Below, piece by piece: positions 58,454 through 64,000 of a stretch of 64,000 nt of DNA. This DNA comes from a virus: IMG/VR virus record IMGVR_UViG_3300045988_187372. One strand, written 5' to 3'. Position 1 is the stretch's first letter; every line of letters starts with the position of its first letter. Made by a program: the position numbers and the translations under genes. The notes below the pieces were generated by a model, which worked only from the letters and a program-made list of their open reading frames with translations, did no database searches and was not told where the DNA came from.

Positions 58454-59740
58454 TTACTGAGCTGCTGTAAATTCAACAAAATATTCTATAGTACTTTGCT
58501 GATCCTGATATACAATAATTTCATCATTACATAAACTATGGCCCGCATGAGCAAAAGTACAATGAGCGCCAGGACATCTCTGTTGTAAAACATTATAAGT
58601 TAAATCACTTTCAGCAGATGTTACATCATATGTTTTACCAGTAGCCACTTTGAAAATGCCTAAATATCCAATTGCTTCACTACCATGAGTCCAATAAGAA
58701 CCGGAGCTTGAAGTATATCCCATCGATTTTTTTGCCTTATTAGCAAAATATGTACCTAATCCAAACATCTTTCCATTAGTTACAACTCCAACTGGATTTA
58801 TTGTTAAACCATTAGTTATAATGGACCAGAAGTTTTCTGATCTTGAACCATGAAATAAATGAGATATTCCATTATTTTCATCACTTAAATTTTCTTTAGC
58901 ACAATATTCATTGAAAGCCTTTTCGGTCTTTTTATTAATGATTCTCCAAGCATTTTTATATTGCTTTGCATTTTCTCCCATAAGCTTCTTGATTTTAGTC
59001 TCTTCTTCGTCAGATACAGGTCTCCATTCAAGTCCATAGGCCTGAAGAACTGTTGGCATAGTGTCATATTTAGCTAAATTACTATTAGATCTTACCTGAG
59101 AATACACAATATCAAACAGTTCCTGCTCTTTGTCAATGATATCAACAAATTCAATCTTTCTTTTAGCCAAATGTTTAGATAAATTATCCATTCTTCTAGG
59201 AATTGCAGCATATAATACTTTTAATTTATTATTAAACTCTGCAATTGACATAGAATCATGGTTCTTAGCTAATTCAATCAAAATCGAATTACCATATTCA
59301 AGCATCTCATCTGAAATATCTTCAACTGAAGTTGAATAATTATCTGAAATAACCTTATTAGCGTATGAAAGCAGTTTTGTTATAATAGAATCAACAGAGA
59401 AAATTCCAGTCTGTGCATATGTACCGCCATTAAAACTTAAACCTTTTTTTGTAATCTTTTTTTTCTCCATTTTTTGAGTCTTTGTAAGCAACCAACCTCT
59501 ATTTACCTTAGACAAATAAAAAGAATCCCAATTAGTCATAGGAAGTGAATATGTCCTTGGCCTGTTCCTTCCTATCCTGATTCCAATTCTACCTTCAGTA
59601 ACATCAAAAACATTCTTATTATTGGCATTAACCTGCATAATAATCTGTTGATTATTACCTTTACCTGTAGCTGTTTCTGCAACATAATTAAGTTCCAAAT
59701 ATTCATGATTTGGTATTGTATTTATATCTGCCTGTTTCAT
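58454..59740 (-). CDS. PARP-like ADP-ribosyltransferase (WGR-like N-term + catalytic domain)
   Basis: LFHGSRSENFWSIITNGL...GKMFGLGTYFA...NDEIIVY parallels PARP1 LLWHGSRTTNFAGILSQGL...GYMFGKGIYFA...YNEYIVY (H-Y-E triad present). Confidence 0.8.
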   Translation of the reverse strand: MKQADINTIPNHEYLELNYVAETATGKGNNQQIIMQVNANNKNVFDVTEGRIGIRIGRNRPRTYSLPMTNWDSFYLSKVNRGWLLTKTQKMEKKKITKKGLSFNGGTYAQTGIFSVDSIITKLLSYANKVISDNYSTSVEDISDEMLEYGNSILIELAKNHDSMSIAEFNNKLKVLYAAIPRRMDNLSKHLAKRKIEFVDIIDKEQELFDIVYSQVRSNSNLAKYDTMPTVLQAYGLEWRPVSDEEETKIKKLMGENAKQYKNAWRIINKKTEKAFNEYCAKENLSDENNGISHLFHGSRSENFWSIITNGLTINPVGVVTNGKMFGLGTYFANKAKKSMGYTSSSGSYWTHGSEAIGYLGIFKVATGKTYDVTSAESDLTYNVLQQRCPGAHCTFAHAGHSLCNDEIIVYQDQQSTIEYFVEFTAAQ

Positions 59741-59756
59741 AAATCCTCCTTATATA

Positions 59757-59957
59757 TTACGCAATTTTATCTTTAAATTTTTCGAAAGCTTCTTTTGTAA
59801 ATTGTGTATACATCCCAGAATCATTTCTTACTGATACGAAATCGCCAAATGCTATACATTCATATGTATGCCCTTTTGTCCAGCATCCATAGAATGATTC
59901 ATTAGTATCAGATAAAGTTTTATTTGCCTGCACATTAAAAACAATATGTTCTATCAT
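59757..59957 (-). CDS. hypothetical protein
   Basis: 66-aa ORF first in operon with PARP; promoter variant ATATGTCAGAAAAAT 59993-60009. Confidence 0.45.
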   Translation of the reverse strand: MIEHIVFNVQANKTLSDTNESFYGCWTKGHTYECIAFGDFVSVRNDSGMYTQFTKEAFEKFKDKIA

Positions 59958-60083
59958 TTTGAATACGCCTCCTTTAATTAATTGATGTAATATATATGTC
60001 AGAAAAATAAAATTGGATATAAATTTGTAAATTCATTTTATATATAGTATATTATTAAATATTGTAAAATTAAGGAGAGTAAA

Positions 60084-60482
60084 ATGAATATGAACAAACT
60101 TAATATTTTTTCAATTGAATTTGGAAATGGAAAAATGTTTTTTGTTGGAAAGAATGAGTCTATCAAATATATAAAAAATCATTTTAATTGGAAAGATACT
60201 CATAACGATGTGGTTAATATAAATGTAATGACCGATTTAGCAATAAAAAACAATGTATTTGTTAATATAATGCCTAATAATATTAAGGATAAATTATATG
60301 CAAAATTATTTATTATTTCTAAACTAAAGAAACATAAATTATGGATGTCTTTTGATCAATATTTAGCTGTTATGTGTTTTACGGAAAACGGTAAAAAAGA
60401 AATAAAAATGTTATTGAATATGTCTGATGATGACATAGATTTAATCTGTAAAAATTCAGAATGGAATAAAATTTTAAAATAA
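60084..60482 (+). CDS. hypothetical protein
   Basis: 132 aa; RBS TTAAGGAGAGTAAAATG; bidirectional terminator 60487-60530. Confidence 0.55.
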   Translation: MNMNKLNIFSIEFGNGKMFFVGKNESIKYIKNHFNWKDTHNDVVNINVMTDLAIKNNVFVNIMPNNIKDKLYAKLFIISKLKKHKLWMSFDQYLAVMCFTENGKKEIKMLLNMSDDDIDLICKNSEWNKILK

Positions 60483-60486
60483 ATAA

Positions 60487-60530
60487 AAAGACTTAGTATG
60501 ATACATATTATAAACATACTAAGTCTTTTT
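60487..60530. terminator. bidirectional intrinsic terminator
   Basis: AAAAAGACTTAGTATG...CATACTAAGTCTTTTT between convergent genes 60084..60482(+) and 60594..61310(-). Confidence 0.6.
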
Positions 60531-60534
60531 CTAT

Positions 60535-60593
60535 CTGAACTACTCACAACCAACTATTGTTGGATGGAGTTTTTTGCTTAATTGCGATAATTA
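60535..60593. repeat. 60-nt conserved structured repeat, copy 6
   Basis: CTGAACTACTCACAACCAACTATTGTTGGATGGAGTTTTTTGCTTAATTGCGATAAT; CCAAC/GTTGG compensatory stem. Confidence 0.7.
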
Positions 60594-61310
60594 TTATTTT
60601 GTTGAAGTAGTTACTTTTATATTTGGTTTATCAATTGTAATATCCATCCTATCAGAATCGTTTAGTTTTTTTGCCATTTCGTCTTTAACCATTTTTATAT
60701 TTTGTTCTAAATCAGGCATTTCAGTAGATTCAGTAACTATATCTATATTATTTGAATCATTATTTTTTTCTTCTGGTTTATCAGCTAAACAATTATTTAA
60801 TTCATTAATATATTGCCTTTTTTTGAATTCCTGCAATTCTAATAATATTTTGTTTTTTAATTCCTTATTAGCAATATAAAATTTGTATTTATCAAGTGCT
60901 TCATAATTAAGTTTTGCTGCAGGTTTATGTTTTATAATACCTGTTACTGTTAAACCATCAAATGTTTCTTTAATATGGTCAATTTGTTCAACTTTATAAT
61001 CTGTCATTTTGTCAATTCCAGGTACAAAATAGCTAAAATCAATATATTCATTATATATTTCAAATCTAGCCTGAGGGTACCAATTAATAACATTTTTAAG
61101 AATCAAAAAGCATAATAAATTTGAACCCGCAATTATTCCGCTGGCAATTACACCTGCAAAATTTTCTGTTCCGTAAAAAATAATTTCGCAAACAAGTCCA
61201 CCTATAATAAGTGCAAGATTAAAAATAATAATAAGAGAATGAACTGGCCTGATATCCGGTAGTCTACTCAACATATTATATGAATTAATTGGGTTATTTT
61301 TATTGTTCAT
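60594..61310 (-). CDS. membrane protein
   Basis: 238 aa with two TM helices; promoter 61393-61406. Confidence 0.55.
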   Translation of the reverse strand: MNNKNNPINSYNMLSRLPDIRPVHSLIIIFNLALIIGGLVCEIIFYGTENFAGVIASGIIAGSNLLCFLILKNVINWYPQARFEIYNEYIDFSYFVPGIDKMTDYKVEQIDHIKETFDGLTVTGIIKHKPAAKLNYEALDKYKFYIANKELKNKILLELQEFKKRQYINELNNCLADKPEEKNNDSNNIDIVTESTEMPDLEQNIKMVKDEMAKKLNDSDRMDITIDKPNIKVTTSTK

Positions 61311-61392
61311 AAATTACTACCTTGTTGCTATATTAGCAACTTCCTTTCTAAAATAATATTGAAGTTTTTATTACACAAAACATCTAAAAATA

Positions 61393-61406
61393 ATATGACA
61401 GACATA
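61393..61406 (-). promoter_or_regulatory. conserved promoter motif (minus) of a divergent pair
   Basis: AATATGACAGACAT upstream of 60594..61310; mirrored + motif 61414-61428. Confidence 0.55.
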
Positions 61407-61413
61407 AAAAATA

Positions 61414-61572
61414 AAATCTGTCATATATATAAATAGCGTTTTATTAAAGGAGGAAATGTTATGTAGTTTTTTTGATTAAAAATTAATTTAGTATTGTAGA
61501 TTCAAAGACGGGTGAATTTGCAATAATTAAACATAAAAAAGGTTGAGCTTTATTGCCCAACCTTTTTTTTCT
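61414..61572 (+). ncRNA. plus-strand mini transcription unit with start-stop micro-ORF
   Basis: + oriented promoter motif AAATCTGTCATATAT 61414-61428, strong RBS AAAGGAGGA, ATG-TAG (61461-61466) at optimal spacing (or 7-codon ORF from 61456), terminator hairpin + T8 at ~61538-61572. Confidence 0.35.
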
Positions 61573-61763
61573 TAAGCTGTTATACAGCCTGTTATATGAG
61601 AATCATTAATATTGATTCTAATATTATTGTCTTCCAATTCCTTCGCTAAATCGAAAATGGAAAGCATTTCCAGATATTCTAAATATGAAATCATTTGTTT
61701 TCTTCCCTTAAGTAACATATCAACATACTCACTTGTACTCATATATACTTTCTCCTTTTCATT

Positions 61764-62633
61764 TTACATATCAAAGTTTCTGGTTATTCTTGCCGTTCTA
61801 AGGATAATGTCCTTTGTATTCTGATCAAGATTTTCTGCATTAATAATAACTGCTGTCTTATCATTGCTAAGCTTCATTTCTGGAGTAATCTTAGCATACA
61901 TTAATGTGGCTTCAAGACCGCCTATAACTGTATCTGCATTTTTATTAGCAGAAATCTTTAATACCATTTCAGAATCATCTGAACTATCATTAGGTGTTAC
62001 TGGAACCGAGGATTCTGATTCTGATGATTCTTCTACTGGGTCAACATTTACTGCGTCTGATACATCAGTATTTGAATTATTGTAAACAGCTTCAGATACA
62101 TCTTCATTTTCACTTGAAACTAATTCATCATCGACCTGTTCATTATATTCTGGGACCTCTGTAATAACTGCTGTACTTTCTGATACCTGTGAATCATTAT
62201 TTGCTTCTTCATTAATAGGTTCATTAATGGTATCAACAATAGTGTCAGCAACAGAATCATTAGAAGTATCATCCTGATTCCAAGGCAATTCCTTTTCATC
62301 TAAAACTGGTTCTTCAACCATTTCAGTTATTTCTGATTCAGCAATTTTAGAAGAAATTTCTTCTTTTTCTGCATTAATATCTTCAAGTGTTGGGGCGATT
62401 TCCTTTGCAACAACAGGAGCTTCTACATCTAAAACTGACTCCTTTGTATTTGCTCCAACATTATTAATTAATAATGCTGCCATTAGATTCTTTATTTCTT
62501 CAATTTTTGTATTTGGAATAACAATATGTACTCCATTGCCCTCTTCAAAAAGGCTTATTGTCTGCATATTCATACTATATATGCTCCTTTCATTTTTTAT
62601 TACTAAATAATGTATGACAGAAAAAAAAATCAA
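61764..62633 (-). CDS. acidic, low-complexity (D/E/S/V-rich) protein
   Basis: 289 aa; promoter 62612-62630. Confidence 0.55.
   Translation of the reverse strand: MIFFSVIHYLVIKNERSIYSMNMQTISLFEEGNGVHIVIPNTKIEEIKNLMAALLINNVGANTKESVLDVEAPVVAKEIAPTLEDINAEKEEISSKIAESEITEMVEEPVLDEKELPWNQDDTSNDSVADTIVDTINEPINEEANNDSQVSESTAVITEVPEYNEQVDDELVSSENEDVSEAVYNNSNTDVSDAVNVDPVEESSESESSVPVTPNDSSDDSEMVLKISANKNADTVIGGLEATLMYAKITPEMKLSNDKTAVIINAENLDQNTKDIILRTARITRNFDM
62612..62630 (-). promoter_or_regulatory. conserved promoter motif
   Basis: GTATGACAGAAAAAAAAAT upstream of 61764..62633. Confidence 0.55.
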
Positions 62634-62665
62634 ACTGCAAAATTAATAAAAAAATAAATTAATTA

Positions 62666-62685
62666 TAAGTGTATATATACACTTT
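62666..62685. promoter_or_regulatory. perfect 20-bp palindrome between divergent promoters (candidate operator)
   Basis: TAAGTGTATATATACACTTA located between minus motif 62612-62630 and plus motif 62692-62706. Confidence 0.45.
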
Positions 62686-62691
62686 ATTATT

Positions 62692-62706
62692 TTTTCTGTC
62701 ATATCT
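62692..62706 (+). promoter_or_regulatory. conserved promoter motif in + orientation
   Basis: TTTTTCTGTCATATC ~35 nt upstream of relaxase start 62740. Confidence 0.55.
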
Positions 62707-62739
62707 TAATTAATATTATTTGAAAGTTGAGGTATTTGA

Positions 62740-63945
62740 ATGTCAGATAAATCTTATACAATTTGCAAAATCATGAAATTAAATTCACTAAATGCTAATG
62801 GCAGATATAGTGTTAGATCTGCAGGCGAACATAATTTAAGGGAGTATGTACCATATAATTGTGATTCTGAAAAACAAAATTTAAATAAAGATATTGTTGA
62901 ACTTCCTAAAATGCTTAATGGAAGCCATTACTCCTATCAGACTGTTGTAAAAAATGCAATTAAAGAAATTCAAGATAATGGTACAATGGGAAAAGTTCGT
63001 CCTGATGCAGTTTATGCATTTGAAATTTGTCTAGGTTTTAATCCGGCAGATGGAAAGGACTGGAAAGATATTATTTCAGAAAAAGACCTAGATAAATGGT
63101 GTCAGGAAAATAAAAAATGGCTTGAAGAGCGTTTTGGTAAAAACAATTTAAAGCATTTAGTATTACATATGGATGAATCAACTCCTCATTTACATGCTTT
63201 AATTGTTCCTATTAATAATAAAGGTAGGTTAAGTGCTAAATCATTTATTAATGGCCCGACTGATTTATCAAAATTGCAGACTGAATATGCCAAGAAAGTA
63301 GGCTTACAATTTGGGTTGTCAAGAGGTGTTTCTAAAAAAGAAATAAGAGCTTCTAAAGAATTGGAAAATAAATTATATCCTAACTATTCTGATATGTCTA
63401 AATTCAAAAAAGCCACTCTTGGTAAAATAAAGGATGAAAGTGAAATAATAAAGGTTAACCCGAAAGAATTAGATAGTAATGGGCATATTTTGCCATCTTA
63501 CGAAGAAAGAGTGTTAGGTGAATTTCAGAATGTAAAATATCATTATTTAACTTTAGAAAATTCATTACGCCAGGAATTAAAAGAAGAACTAAAGCAAGAA
63601 ATAAAAAAAGTAGATACAGACTTTGAAAGGATTGCACTTGAAAAAGAAGAATTTGAAAAAGAAAAAAAGAAAAAAGATGCAGAGTTAAAACAAAAAGAAG
63701 AGGAACTTATTTCAAAAGAACATGAGTTACAGAAGCTATTAGGTGTATTAGAAAGTACAAAAAAATCAATCAGGGAAATCAAAAAAGATTATACATATTT
63801 TGAAACATTAAATCGTGCCCTTAAGCATGAATCTAATAAGGATATTGCTAAAGATTTATATAAACAGTTAAATAAGTTAGTTGAAGAACAGCATAAAAGA
63901 GATAAAGAAAATATTCATGCAATTAAACAATTTGATATAAGATAA
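62740..63945 (+). CDS. MobV-family relaxase (plasmid recombination enzyme Pre/Mob)
   Basis: LVLHMDESTPHLHALIVPI = HxDE...PHxH motif III; N-terminal ...NLRE; C-terminal coiled coil; + strand promoter motif 62692-62706; terminator hairpin 63946-63985. Confidence 0.75.
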   Translation: MSDKSYTICKIMKLNSLNANGRYSVRSAGEHNLREYVPYNCDSEKQNLNKDIVELPKMLNGSHYSYQTVVKNAIKEIQDNGTMGKVRPDAVYAFEICLGFNPADGKDWKDIISEKDLDKWCQENKKWLEERFGKNNLKHLVLHMDESTPHLHALIVPINNKGRLSAKSFINGPTDLSKLQTEYAKKVGLQFGLSRGVSKKEIRASKELENKLYPNYSDMSKFKKATLGKIKDESEIIKVNPKELDSNGHILPSYEERVLGEFQNVKYHYLTLENSLRQELKEELKQEIKKVDTDFERIALEKEEFEKEKKKKDAELKQKEEELISKEHELQKLLGVLESTKKSIREIKKDYTYFETLNRALKHESNKDIAKDLYKQLNKLVEEQHKRDKENIHAIKQFDIR

Positions 63946-64000
63946 AAAATATGAGGGTAGTACATAATTGTATTATCCTCATATTTTAAAATTACATATT

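Noticed and set aside
43234-63782. Remaining antisense or overlapping track ORFs 43234..43560, 44125..44325, 46366..46548, 47598..47831, 51573..51755, 57231..57485, 58885..59067, 59130..59339, 60356..60553, 60574..60879, 61864..62085, 63455..63637, 63543..63782
   Set aside because: These are shadow ORFs within better-supported genes. 60574..60879 starts inside repeat copy 6.
1-64000. Global stop-codon reassignment (TGA=Trp or TAA sense)
   Set aside because: Long genes such as DnaE, the helicases and the PBP are uninterrupted under the standard code and terminate at TAA, TAG or TGA directly before terminator hairpins. Only three short genes show internal stops.
1-64000. tRNA/rRNA genes
   Set aside because: I found no cloverleaf-compatible segment with conserved T-loop (GTTCRANYC) or D-loop signatures in the intergenic regions, and no rRNA-like GC-rich blocks.

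Overview
Strongly AT-rich 64 kb window. All but three protein-coding genes are on the minus strand, and most transcription units are bracketed by a recurring promoter-like motif and a hairpin plus T-run terminator.

The gene content suggests a replication, recombination and auxiliary-metabolism region of a large phage or phage-plasmid. The Shine-Dalgarno sites (AGGAG-type) point to a low-GC Gram-positive host. I saw no capsid or tail genes, no tRNAs and no CRISPR array.

Genes I can recognise from the translations:
- Replication and repair: a DnaE (Pol III alpha) split into two separately promoted genes with about 6 kb and 11 genes between them, a FEN-type 5'-3' exonuclease, RecA, a RecJ-like DHH exonuclease, a RuvC-like resolvase, two UvrD-like helicases (one fused to a Cas4/RecB-like Fe-S nuclease), a DnaG-type zinc-finger protein and a PriCT-type replication protein.
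- Transcription and DNA modification: a sigma-70 family factor, a DNA methyltransferase and a Lar anti-restriction protein.
- Auxiliary functions unusual on a mobile element: a GGDEF/HD-GYP c-di-GMP operon, a PARP-like ADP-ribosyltransferase, a class A PBP, a flotillin, a guanylate kinase and two CPBP proteases.
- Plasmid-type gene: a MobV/Pre relaxase on the plus strand.

Non-coding signals:
- A conserved promoter motif (TTTTTCTGTCATAT in gene sense) with more than 40 copies.
- A 60-nt structured repeat with 6 copies, four of which (#3-#5, and #2 just upstream of the NTase start codon) sit in 5' UTRs.
- Three promoter-to-terminator mini-units with no ORF, which are candidate small RNAs.
- A regularly spaced iteron array, possibly an origin.
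- A triple AAAAGTAGGATG repeat.
- Three reading frames interrupted by in-frame stop codons.
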